From Candidatus Saccharimonadales bacterium (lineage in GTDB: Bacteria; Patescibacteriota; Saccharimonadia; Saccharimonadales; UBA4665), in NCBI GenBank assembly GCA_035248005.1, contig DATFHU010000006.1, positions 17,546-81,545 on the forward strand: 64,000 nt of DNA, read 5' to 3'. The notes beneath the pieces are model-generated. The model was given only the letters and a program-made list of their open reading frames with translations, searched no databases and was not told the origin of the DNA. Position 1 is the first letter of the stretch, and each line of letters opens with the position of its first letter. The translations under genes and the position numbers were made by a program. Positions 8,825 through 17,221 of this stretch are shown piece by piece.

Positions 8825-8901
8825 TGGAGGGCCAGGAGGGACTCGAACCCTCGACATTCTGCTTAAGAGGCAGACGCTCTAACCAGCTGAGCTACTGGCC
8901 C
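8825..8901 (-). tRNA. tRNA-Lys(CTT)
   Basis: GGGCCAG..CTGGCCC acceptor stem, D-arm TAGCTCAGCTGGTTAGAGC, anticodon loop CTCTTAA, T-loop TTCGAGT, encoded CCA. Confidence 0.97.
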
Positions 8902-9159
8902 GTTTATATAAAACTAGGTGGTGAGTTAAAGTACTATTTGGCTATTAGTATGAAGTTTTTGCCGCCGAGAACAAAGCGTTTTGCATAAAACAAGATAAGC
9001 TTTATGTGCACCAGCTATACCACTAAAAATTTTTTAAGAACCATGCTATTCTAGCAAAATACCTCTGTTTTTGCAAATCAGGCGTGCTGTTTGATAAGCC
9101 GTTTTGTATGCTTCGCTGGCGTGGTACAATCAACTTCTATTATACTCTTAGAAATAGTT

Positions 9160-10011
9160 ATGGCAGAATTACAAGAACCCTTGGTGTTGGATTATGACTT
9201 GGAAGTAGGAGCACATACTCAGTGGTTGTTCAATAGGCTTGACGTTGTGCGTAATGTGCAAAGCGATTACTTTTACGGCTTAGCGGCCCGAGCAGGGGGC
9301 TTGGCGCGCGAACTTGGTGGACCTTGTGCGGTAGACGCCGTTGCCAATCAAGGGGTAATATATATAGAAAGCGGCCTATATCACTTCCGGCCTTCTAGCC
9401 GCCCGCAGGCAGCGAGAGTGCTGGGCGTACAGGGCATGGCATACTTGAAATCTGCGCTTACGCACCGGCCTGGCAGTGTCCTTGGTGGCGAGGGTTTAGA
9501 CAAGGCAAGACGTACGTTAGAAGCGGCCCGGCGGCTTGTTGCTCCGTTTGTAGTGAGCGAGCCTGGGTACCAGTTAAGTACTGTAAAGCGGCGAGAAGCA
9601 GAGGACACAAACGGCAATCCTGTACGGCGCCACATGACCGTAGGGCGCCATCAGCGCCACGAACTTATTAAAGGGTCCTTTGCACATGCCTTGAGCAGTT
9701 TGGGCCGGATCGCGTTAGCCGAAGGTAACGAAGCTGGTATTGCGCGGCTTGGTGAAGCACATGATGTGTATCTGGCAAGCAGCGACAAAGTAGGCCAGAC
9801 GCGCAATATTATGTATATGCTGATGAATGAGCGTGCTCGGGACAGCCGCGTTGGGCAATTAGGATATAATGGCCTTCGATTAACTTGGGCGTTGACGGCT
9901 GCGGCCGTCAGAGGCCAATTCCATGCATGGAAAGTAGCCGCCAGAATGGCGCCCCATGTATTGACCCAAAGCAGGGCACAGCGCGCCCGCACCGACTGGC
10001 GGGCTGTGTAA
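9160..10011 (+). CDS. Hypothetical helical protein
   Basis: Likely start ATG 9160 (MAELQEP); Ala/Arg-rich helical orphan. Confidence 0.65.
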   Translation: MAELQEPLVLDYDLEVGAHTQWLFNRLDVVRNVQSDYFYGLAARAGGLARELGGPCAVDAVANQGVIYIESGLYHFRPSSRPQAARVLGVQGMAYLKSALTHRPGSVLGGEGLDKARRTLEAARRLVAPFVVSEPGYQLSTVKRREAEDTNGNPVRRHMTVGRHQRHELIKGSFAHALSSLGRIALAEGNEAGIARLGEAHDVYLASSDKVGQTRNIMYMLMNERARDSRVGQLGYNGLRLTWALTAAAVRGQFHAWKVAARMAPHVLTQSRAQRARTDWRAV

Positions 10012-10020
10012 TCTGTTATA

Positions 10021-10839
10021 ATGCCCCTGATGAAACTGCTGAATGGCAAAGAGCTAGCCGATTATATTAAAGAACGCCAAGCACACGAGGTCCGGGCGCT
10101 TAAGCAGGCGTGGCACGTACAGCCAAAGTTGGCTATTATACTTACTATTGACCATCCCGTCATTAGTGTTTACGTGCGTATGAAAAAAAAGTATGGTGCT
10201 GACCTTTTGATTGACGTTGATATTCATACTGTAGAACAAGATGACACCCCAGCACTTATAGACCGACTAAATAAAGATGATACCGTTCACGGTATCATTG
10301 TGCAGCTCCCGCTTGAACGTCCAGAAGAAACCGACTCACTGGTTAATCTGGTCACTCCCGAAAAAGATGTAGACGCTTTGGGACGAGACGCGCAGTTCGA
10401 TCCAGCAACGCCCATGGCTATCCTTTGGCTGCTCGCCGGGTATAATATTGAGCTCGCCGGAAAGAAAGTACTGCTGATTGGCCGCGGCAAATTGGTAGGT
10501 ACGCCACTGGAGAGAATGCTAAAAGGCTCCGGCATAGATGTTTGGAGCGTTGACCGCGAAACCAAAGACCTAAAAGCCGAAACCCTGAAAGCAGATGTTA
10601 TTATTACTGCCACTGGCAGTCCGGCTATTTTATACTCCAATATGATAAAGCAAGGTGCTGTAGTGGTAGACGCCGGCGTTGCAGGCGAAGAGGGCAAAAC
10701 AGTCGGCGACCTTGCATCAGAAGTATATGAGCGCGATGACCTAACCCTTACTCCGGCCAAAGGCGGTGTCGGTCCCCTGACTGTATGCGCCCTCTTCGAA
10801 AACGTCATCCGCGCCGCCCGCCGCACAGTAAAGCAATAG
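10021..10839 (+). CDS. folD: Bifunctional methylenetetrahydrofolate dehydrogenase/cyclohydrolase
   Basis: LLNGKELA, YVRMK, IIVQLPL, KDVD, VVDAG and TPAKGGVGPLT motifs. Confidence 0.95.
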   Translation: MPLMKLLNGKELADYIKERQAHEVRALKQAWHVQPKLAIILTIDHPVISVYVRMKKKYGADLLIDVDIHTVEQDDTPALIDRLNKDDTVHGIIVQLPLERPEETDSLVNLVTPEKDVDALGRDAQFDPATPMAILWLLAGYNIELAGKKVLLIGRGKLVGTPLERMLKGSGIDVWSVDRETKDLKAETLKADVIITATGSPAILYSNMIKQGAVVVDAGVAGEEGKTVGDLASEVYERDDLTLTPAKGGVGPLTVCALFENVIRAARRTVKQ

Positions 10840-10879
10840 CTTCTTTGTCTTGGCTTGAAAGTGTATTATAAAAGCGTAT

Positions 10880-11737
10880 ATGATAATGCCTCTAGAAAGT
10901 GGTACTATTGCCGGGGCTATGACTTTGGATCTCATTGACCGAACCGATAGGTTGGGCGAACAGGAAGTATTGCCCCATTTGGCCATTATAGAAGGCATTG
11001 GACACACTAGTCTTTCCGGAGAAGTAAACGCCTACGTGCAAGGGAAGCAGAAGGTGGCTATGGGGGTAGGTGTAGAAACCGGCCATGTACGAGTGCCTAC
11101 GGTGGAATTAGAGGAATGGATTGCAATGATGAACGACCAGCCATATACTGACGCCATCATTGTTGAGGAGCCCTTGCCTGGTTGTAGTCGGGCGGAAACG
11201 GCAGTAATACTAGGTATGCTGGATGATAACAAGGCCGTTGACAACCAAGGCCCGAACAGGTTGTGGGGTATGGGCGCGACATCAGAAGCTACGGTAACGC
11301 TTCTTGATTGGCATGGACATACCGGCGAAGGCCGGCATGTTTTAATTGTCGGCGACGGCAAGGTGGGCGGGCCACTGGCTAACGTATATAACAGCCCCGA
11401 ACGCAAGGTTAAGGATTTATCAGTCGTAAACATACATAACAGAGAAAAACTACCCGCTCTGGCGCTCGCAGCTGACATGGTAATTGTAGCCACGGGTTCG
11501 CCTAATACGCTAACGCCCGATATGGTGCGTAAAGAGCACGTTATCGTCGGCGTGGGCGCACGGGACATACATCCAGATGTCCGCGCGCTAACCCATACTC
11601 CTTTCTGGGTCACCCCCGCCAAAGGCGGTGTCGGTCCCTTAACGATCCGCACGTTGCTTGGCAGGGTTGTCGACCTAGCGGAAGGCAAACCGCCCCGTCA
11701 TCCTTTCGCTACCCAGCTCGCCGAATCCATGCAGTAG
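10880..11737 (+). CDS. Divergent FolD-like paralog
   Basis: YVQGK, IIVEEPLP, KAVD, ATGSP and TPAKGGVGPLT; start uncertain. Confidence 0.85.
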   Translation: MIMPLESGTIAGAMTLDLIDRTDRLGEQEVLPHLAIIEGIGHTSLSGEVNAYVQGKQKVAMGVGVETGHVRVPTVELEEWIAMMNDQPYTDAIIVEEPLPGCSRAETAVILGMLDDNKAVDNQGPNRLWGMGATSEATVTLLDWHGHTGEGRHVLIVGDGKVGGPLANVYNSPERKVKDLSVVNIHNREKLPALALAADMVIVATGSPNTLTPDMVRKEHVIVGVGARDIHPDVRALTHTPFWVTPAKGGVGPLTIRTLLGRVVDLAEGKPPRHPFATQLAESMQ

Positions 11738-11763
11738 TGTACACCTGTTATTATAAGTGGAGT

Positions 11764-12414
11764 ATGGCAATAATAGGCGTTTTTGATTCGGGTATTGGCG
11801 GGCTTTCGGTTGCCAAGGCCATAGAACAGGCTCTGCCAGATGATACAGTGGTGTGGCGTAGTGACCACAAACATATACCCTATGGCGATAAATTACCCCA
11901 AGAGGTGTTAGGTTTTGTTATGCCCATTTTTGAGGACATGATTGCCGAGGGCTGCGACGTTATTGTCGCAGCCTGTAATACCGTTACAACAACCCTTATT
12001 GGCGAACTGCGCGCGTGTTTTCCTGATACCCCTTTGATCGGCATTGAGCCAATGGTCAAACCCGCTGCCCTGCATACCAAAAACGGTGTTATTGCGGTAT
12101 GTGCCACGCCCGCAACACTAGCCAGCAAACGGTACGCTTGGCTTAAAGAGACATATGCTCAAGGAGTTACGGTGTTAGAGCCGGATTGCAGCCAGTGGGC
12201 ATACATGATCGAACATAACCGCGTGAACGAACAACAATTACAGCGGCAAATAGATGACCTTTGCAATAAAAGAGCCGATGTTATTGTGCTGGGCTGCACG
12301 CATTACCACTGGATCGAAGAGGTAATTCAAAAGCTTGCCAAAAAACGGGCGGTTGTTATCCAGCCCGAGCAGCCCGTTATTAAACGTCTTTTGTTTGTGC
12401 TTGGCCGATCCTAA
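11764..12414 (+). CDS. murI: Glutamate racemase
   Basis: GVFDSGIGG, PYG, ACNT and LGCTHY motifs. Confidence 0.95.
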   Translation: MAIIGVFDSGIGGLSVAKAIEQALPDDTVVWRSDHKHIPYGDKLPQEVLGFVMPIFEDMIAEGCDVIVAACNTVTTTLIGELRACFPDTPLIGIEPMVKPAALHTKNGVIAVCATPATLASKRYAWLKETYAQGVTVLEPDCSQWAYMIEHNRVNEQQLQRQIDDLCNKRADVIVLGCTHYHWIEEVIQKLAKKRAVVIQPEQPVIKRLLFVLGRS

Positions 12415-13703
12415 AGCGCTTGCACCGCAGCTTTAAATTGGATGCCCCGATCCTTGTAGTTCTTAAACATATCAAAACTGGCGCATGCTGTAGAAAGCAA
12501 CACTACATCGCCTTTTTTGGCAAGCGAATGGGCGGTGGCGACAATTTCCAGCATGGTTTGTCCGCCTGGCGTAATGGCCATAAAGCCGGCTTCATGCAAG
12601 GCGGTGGTGATTTTGGCTGCCATATCACCAATAACTACCACGGCCCGTACATTGCTTTTGGCAACGGTCGCGGCAAGTTTGTCATAACTGGAGCCTTTAT
12701 CCGAGCCGCCCAAAATAATTACTTTCGGCTTATGAAAGGCAGCAATAGCTACTTGGGCGGTTTCCGGTGTGGTGCCAAACGAGTCGTCATAGTATTTAAC
12801 GCCATCTACTTCGCGCACGAATTCAAGGCGGTGCTCCAGGCCATTAAAGGTAGTCAGCACGGTGCGGATAGCGCCCGGGACTTGCATGACTTGCCAAACC
12901 GCAGTCGCGGCAGCACAGGCATTTTGCCAATTGTGCTTGCCAAGCAGCTTTAGTTCGTTTGTTTTACAAAGCACAGTTTGGTCAATCATGATTTGGTTAT
13001 TGTGTATATATGCACCCGGCTCGTCATAGTAAGCGATTTTGTCGCCCGGGCTGGCACTGGCAATGCGATGTGATACGTCATCGTCGGCAAAGTAAATAGC
13101 TACATCTTTGTCGGTTTGATGCGCAAAAAGCTGCGATTTGGCGCGTATGTAGTCGTTCATGTCCGTATGCCAATCCATATGCTCCTGGGCTATCATCAGA
13201 CATACGGCAATATGCGGGCTGTGTTTTACGTCGAACAACTGGAAGCTGGAAAGCTCCAGCACGACCCAGCTGTCAGCTGTTAATTCAGGCAGAAAGTCGA
13301 GGGGGGAAATACCGTAGTTGCCACCCAAAAAAGCCTGTTTGCCAGCCGCTTCCAGCATTTTGGCAATCAGCATAGACGTGGTACCTTTACCCTTGGTACC
13401 GGTAACGCCAATAATATTCCGGGTTGGGCTGACTTTAATAAATTCGTCTACTACGGTGGTAATTTTGGCTTCTATACCAGGGTTTTTAGCCGTAATTAGG
13501 CTGGGCGGCACACCCGCGGTGCGCATAATAACATCAAACCCTCCTAGATCTTCCAGATGGTGGTCGCCGAACCGCGCGTTAACGCCTTTTGGTAGCTGTA
13601 CATTATTGCTGCGTTTACAGACCGTTATCTCCGCTCCTTTATCTTGCCAATAGTGTAGCGCGCTGCGCCCCTCTATGCCGTAGCCAATAATCGCGACTTT
13701 CAT
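12411..13703 (-). CDS. murD: UDP-N-acetylmuramoyl-L-alanine--D-glutamate ligase
   Basis: GVTGTKGKGTT, ELSSFQL, LEHRLE, DSFGT and SFDMFKNYKDRG; start MKVAIIG at 13703. Confidence 0.95.
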   Translation of the reverse strand: MKVAIIGYGIEGRSALHYWQDKGAEITVCKRSNNVQLPKGVNARFGDHHLEDLGGFDVIMRTAGVPPSLITAKNPGIEAKITTVVDEFIKVSPTRNIIGVTGTKGKGTTSMLIAKMLEAAGKQAFLGGNYGISPLDFLPELTADSWVVLELSSFQLFDVKHSPHIAVCLMIAQEHMDWHTDMNDYIRAKSQLFAHQTDKDVAIYFADDDVSHRIASASPGDKIAYYDEPGAYIHNNQIMIDQTVLCKTNELKLLGKHNWQNACAAATAVWQVMQVPGAIRTVLTTFNGLEHRLEFVREVDGVKYYDDSFGTTPETAQVAIAAFHKPKVIILGGSDKGSSYDKLAATVAKSNVRAVVVIGDMAAKITTALHEAGFMAITPGGQTMLEIVATAHSLAKKGDVVLLSTACASFDMFKNYKDRGIQFKAAVQAL

Positions 13704-13739
13704 AGTTCTACTATACCTGGCTGCACTCCGGTACCTCAA

Positions 13740-14123
13740 CTATTCGTGTTTTTCGGCAAGTTTGGCTTTTACTAGTTCGGCTACTTGGCGCGGGGTCATG
13801 GCGGCTTTTAAAATAATGGCGTCCACGCCTAGCTGTTTTATGCTCGGTGGGATTTCTTGCTCACCGCGGTTGGTAAGAATGATCACCTTCGTGTGTTTGC
13901 CCCACTCGGTTTTACGCAAACGCGCCAGCATTTCTTCGCCGCTCATAACCGGCATCATCAGGTCAAGCAAAACGATGTCCGGACGCATTTCTTCGGCTAG
14001 CTCCAAGCCTAATTGGCCATTTTCTGCCGTTTCGACCGTGTAGCCCTCGGCCTCGAATTTAATGCGATACATCTGCGAGATGGCTGCATCATCTTCGATA
14101 ATCGCTACTTTGATAGAACTCAT
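13740..14123 (-). CDS. Stand-alone response regulator receiver
   Basis: IIEDD, LLDLMMP, ILTN and ILK motifs; no output domain. Confidence 0.92.
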   Translation of the reverse strand: MSSIKVAIIEDDAAISQMYRIKFEAEGYTVETAENGQLGLELAEEMRPDIVLLDLMMPVMSGEEMLARLRKTEWGKHTKVIILTNRGEQEIPPSIKQLGVDAIILKAAMTPRQVAELVKAKLAEKHE

Positions 14124-14179
14124 GGCTACTCTCTTTCTCTATTTAGTGTACCACCCTTGGCTATGGTTATGTTGTCTCG

Positions 14180-14566
14180 CTACATTGCTTTTTTGCCAAG
14201 CACATCGTCAATAATATGTATTACCTGGGCTGGTGTGTGATGCGCTTTTACCACGTACCGGTCGACATGTAAAAAACGAAGCGCCGGGGGCGCTTCATCT
14301 TTGCTGATGTTGGTGAGCACTACAACGCGGACGTCGCTGCCCCACCGCGTTGCACGCAGGTGGGCCAGCATTTCGGACCCACCCATGACTGGCATAAGTA
14401 AATCGAGCAGCACAATATCCGGCCGCAGCCGCTCAATAACTTCCAGTCCTTCCACTCCATTGCAGGCAGTCGCCACCTCAAACCCCTCACGCTGTAGTTT
14501 AAGTTTGTACATAAACTGCAGATCGGTATCATCCTCGACCACGACTACTTTACGAATTGACGGCAT
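14180..14566 (-). CDS. Stand-alone response regulator receiver
   Basis: VVEDD, LLDLLMP, VLTN and YVVK motifs; no output domain. Confidence 0.92.
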   Translation of the reverse strand: MPSIRKVVVVEDDTDLQFMYKLKLQREGFEVATACNGVEGLEVIERLRPDIVLLDLLMPVMGGSEMLAHLRATRWGSDVRVVVLTNISKDEAPPALRFLHVDRYVVKAHHTPAQVIHIIDDVLGKKAM

Positions 14567-14680
14567 AGATAAAATATAAAAATTATTTGTTTCAGTTGTA
14601 GTTTTATATGTTAGCTACAGTAGTAGCATATAATACCTATCTCCTGCAATATATGCAGAGGAGTTTTTAAGCATAAGTTA

Positions 14681-14709
14681 TTGACTTTTTTGCTGTTTAA
14701 TAGTATTAT
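14681..14709 (+). promoter_or_regulatory. Sigma70-type promoter
   Basis: TTGACT-17 nt-TATTAT. Confidence 0.65.
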
Positions 14710-14745
14710 TTGATTGTATCTTTTAAGATTGTTTTTACTTAGATT

Positions 14746-14785
14746 AAAACGACGCCCTTCCTTGTAAAAGGCTGGCGTCGTTTTT
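14746..14785 (+). terminator. Terminator-like hairpin in the leader of the ABC permease gene
   Basis: AAAACGACGCC / GGCGTCGTTTT stem with T tail. Confidence 0.75.
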
Positions 14786-14817
14786 GTATCTATATAAGGA
14801 TAAGGAGCGACCATAGC

Positions 14818-16320
14818 ATGACCGACGCACTGGGCACAGAACGGCTAAATCTGCCCCCAAATGGGCATACTGAAGCATTACAAGCATCTGTTTTACAGGA
14901 GTTGGAGCGGGAATATGCCCAAGAAGGGCGTCGGCAAGCGATGGTAGGAACTGGCATGGTGGCCGGAGCTGTAGGGGCATCGTTGGCTATTTGGGAGCTT
15001 TCGCGTCAAGGTGCGGGCCGTATAACCGCAAGCCTGCCATTTAACGAAAACATACAGCAAATAGTAAACGGTGTGGATGACGCCTTGGCTCCTGCAGGAG
15101 CTGTCGTATTACCTACGGCTATAGCTATTGTGGGGGGAGTAAAGTTGGCGGGCGCATGGAATTCTCGCGCACGTTTTATAGATCGCTATTCGTCACGTGA
15201 ACCCAATGACGAAGGCGCAGGTCTGCGCGGCCGAGTGGCCAATTTTCTAAGACGAATTCCAGTGGTGGCAACCGCCGGTGTGGCACTTGGCGCATTTACT
15301 GCTGGCATCGGCACTGAAGTGAGCGAGGGACCGCAGCGACCCATCGGCGAGCTGAACAAACTCGTCCCAGGTCATAGCATGGTTGTTCAATATAAAGATG
15401 TTATGCCTATGGTGCAGAGCAATGTAAATCATCATTTGGTGGAACGTGTGCGCTCCAAAGCCGCTGAGCGTGGTGTTCGGACTCATATATTTGACTTCAA
15501 TCTCGGTGCATATGAGTACAAGGGCCATGGACGGACCGACCTTATAGCCGGGATCGAAACAGATAGCTCCTCGCCAATTCACTGGACATTGGAACAAGGA
15601 TGTACAGACATACCAATTATTATGGATACTTCCAGTGGTATTAAGGTTAATTCTCGATTCAGTATGAATGGGGTTTCCGTGCAGGCAGTCGGCGAAATGA
15701 ACGACGGATCGGCGATAAACCGTATTGGCGGAATTATGGACGTACACGCTCTACAGTCCTGTCTAGAGCAACAGTCAGACGGTCAAGGCGCTGTTCATGC
15801 CGTTGTATTAGAGACCGACACGACAACAACACAAGAAATTGTGCACGAGGCCAATCAAGGCATTAATGCCCCGCAGGCCGTTATAACTAAAGAGCAGTAC
15901 CGGGAAAATAACCGGAAGTTTTGGGAGGCGAACGTACAGCCGATTACCAACGTTTTGTCTTTGGCGTCTGGGGCGGTCGCACTGATTGCTATGAGTGGAA
16001 CAATGCTGTCTCGTTTGTTGCGTAACCGCCGGGAACTTGCGGCCAAAATGGCGGCTGGCTTTTCGACTACGCAGCTGCGGGCAACCGAATTAGTGAGGAG
16101 TGCAAAGGATGGTATTGCGGCTGCACTGCTAGGTACGGCTATAGCAACCGGAATAACGCCGGCGGCTAATACGCTGGAATCCGGCTTTAAGGCCGGCATT
16201 GGCCTTCGTGAGGCATGTATAGCCTTCGCATTAGGTATTGGGGGGACGGTTATCGGCGGCGCGGGCCGGTTATTACGGCTGAGGAAAACAATTAACCCAA
16301 GCGAGAATACAAGAGTATAG
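14818..16320 (+). CDS. ABC transporter permease, MacB/FtsX-like
   Basis: N-terminal TMs, a large extracytoplasmic domain and 3 C-terminal TMs with 'RNRRELAAKMAAGF'; next to an ATPase gene. Confidence 0.65.
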   Translation: MTDALGTERLNLPPNGHTEALQASVLQELEREYAQEGRRQAMVGTGMVAGAVGASLAIWELSRQGAGRITASLPFNENIQQIVNGVDDALAPAGAVVLPTAIAIVGGVKLAGAWNSRARFIDRYSSREPNDEGAGLRGRVANFLRRIPVVATAGVALGAFTAGIGTEVSEGPQRPIGELNKLVPGHSMVVQYKDVMPMVQSNVNHHLVERVRSKAAERGVRTHIFDFNLGAYEYKGHGRTDLIAGIETDSSSPIHWTLEQGCTDIPIIMDTSSGIKVNSRFSMNGVSVQAVGEMNDGSAINRIGGIMDVHALQSCLEQQSDGQGAVHAVVLETDTTTTQEIVHEANQGINAPQAVITKEQYRENNRKFWEANVQPITNVLSLASGAVALIAMSGTMLSRLLRNRRELAAKMAAGFSTTQLRATELVRSAKDGIAAALLGTAIATGITPAANTLESGFKAGIGLREACIAFALGIGGTVIGGAGRLLRLRKTINPSENTRV

Positions 16321-16322
16321 CC

Positions 16323-17048
16323 ATGGGAGAATACATAGCATTACTAGGTAATGTGCATGTCGCCGCCAAAGATGGTGCGCAAATTTTAGGGGGCATTTCG
16401 CTACAGGTATATCGAGGCGACCGCGTTCTGGTTACGGGGCCTAGCGGCTCGGGCAAATCGACCGTTCTACGTACGTTATTTGGCGTAGAAACGCTTCGGA
16501 GCGGGGAAGTCCGTCTACTTGAAAAAGACATTCACTCTTTTGCCTCATCCCAAAGAACAAAACTCATTGCCGAGCATGTAGGCGTAGGTTTTCAGGCGCC
16601 CAATTTAGATCCCGGCTTTAACGTCTGGCAAAACATAGTCAGTTTATATGAAGGAATAAGGAGGGGTAGGCCGCCTCTAGATCGTTTGGCGGCTTTAGCG
16701 GTCGCTTTTGGTCTGCAAAATAAACTAAAGAGGCCTGTAGCGCAACTTTCTGGTGGCGAAAAGCAACGTACAGCTCTTGCACGCTTATTGCTGCCTCAAC
16801 CAGACCTGTTATTGCTGGACGAGCCGACCAGCATGATCGACTCCGGTGTTGCCGGCAAGGCGGCGGTGTATGATGTATTAGATAACATGGCCGGTCCGGA
16901 TGCTGCCTTGGTTATTGTGAGCCATGACCGCGAAGCCGAGCGTATTGCAACCCGGCGCATAGTAATGGCTGACGGACTTGCGGCAGAAGTAATGCCAGGT
17001 CAGACAGGTCAAGAGTTTCCGGCACACATACAGGGGTACGCTGCCTAA
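16323..17048 (+). CDS. ABC transporter ATP-binding protein (LolD/MacB-type)
   Basis: GPSGSGKST, LSGGEKQ, LLLDEP and SHD motifs. Confidence 0.95.
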   Translation: MGEYIALLGNVHVAAKDGAQILGGISLQVYRGDRVLVTGPSGSGKSTVLRTLFGVETLRSGEVRLLEKDIHSFASSQRTKLIAEHVGVGFQAPNLDPGFNVWQNIVSLYEGIRRGRPPLDRLAALAVAFGLQNKLKRPVAQLSGGEKQRTALARLLLPQPDLLLLDEPTSMIDSGVAGKAAVYDVLDNMAGPDAALVIVSHDREAERIATRRIVMADGLAAEVMPGQTGQEFPAHIQGYAA

Positions 17049-17066
17049 CTAACTCTGTAATTTGTG

Positions 17067-17095
17067 TTGACATTTTTACACGTTATGCGTATAAT
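17067..17095 (+). promoter_or_regulatory. Consensus sigma70 promoter
   Basis: TTGACA-17 nt-TATAAT, perfect consensus. Confidence 0.85.
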
Positions 17096-17136
17096 ATAAA
17101 CAGTAAGTCTGCAAAGGCTTGCAACTTAGAAGACTA

Positions 17137-17179
17137 AATAGGCAGCAGCCATTTTCTAAAATGGCGCTGCCTATTTTTT
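17137..17179 (+). terminator. Terminator hairpin in the leader of the methyltransferase gene
   Basis: AATAGGCAGC-A-GCCATTTT-CT-AAAATGGC-GCTGCCTATT followed by T run. Confidence 0.8.
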
Positions 17180-17221
17180 GTACCGCGGACTGTACTGAAT
17201 TAGTGGCTACGCACAAATGCT

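Noticed and set aside
8720-8857. N-terminal extension MSRVRVPPGPP of the 416-aa ORF
   Set aside because: It reads through the tRNA-Lys 3' half and its terminator; the true start is more plausibly ATG 8719.
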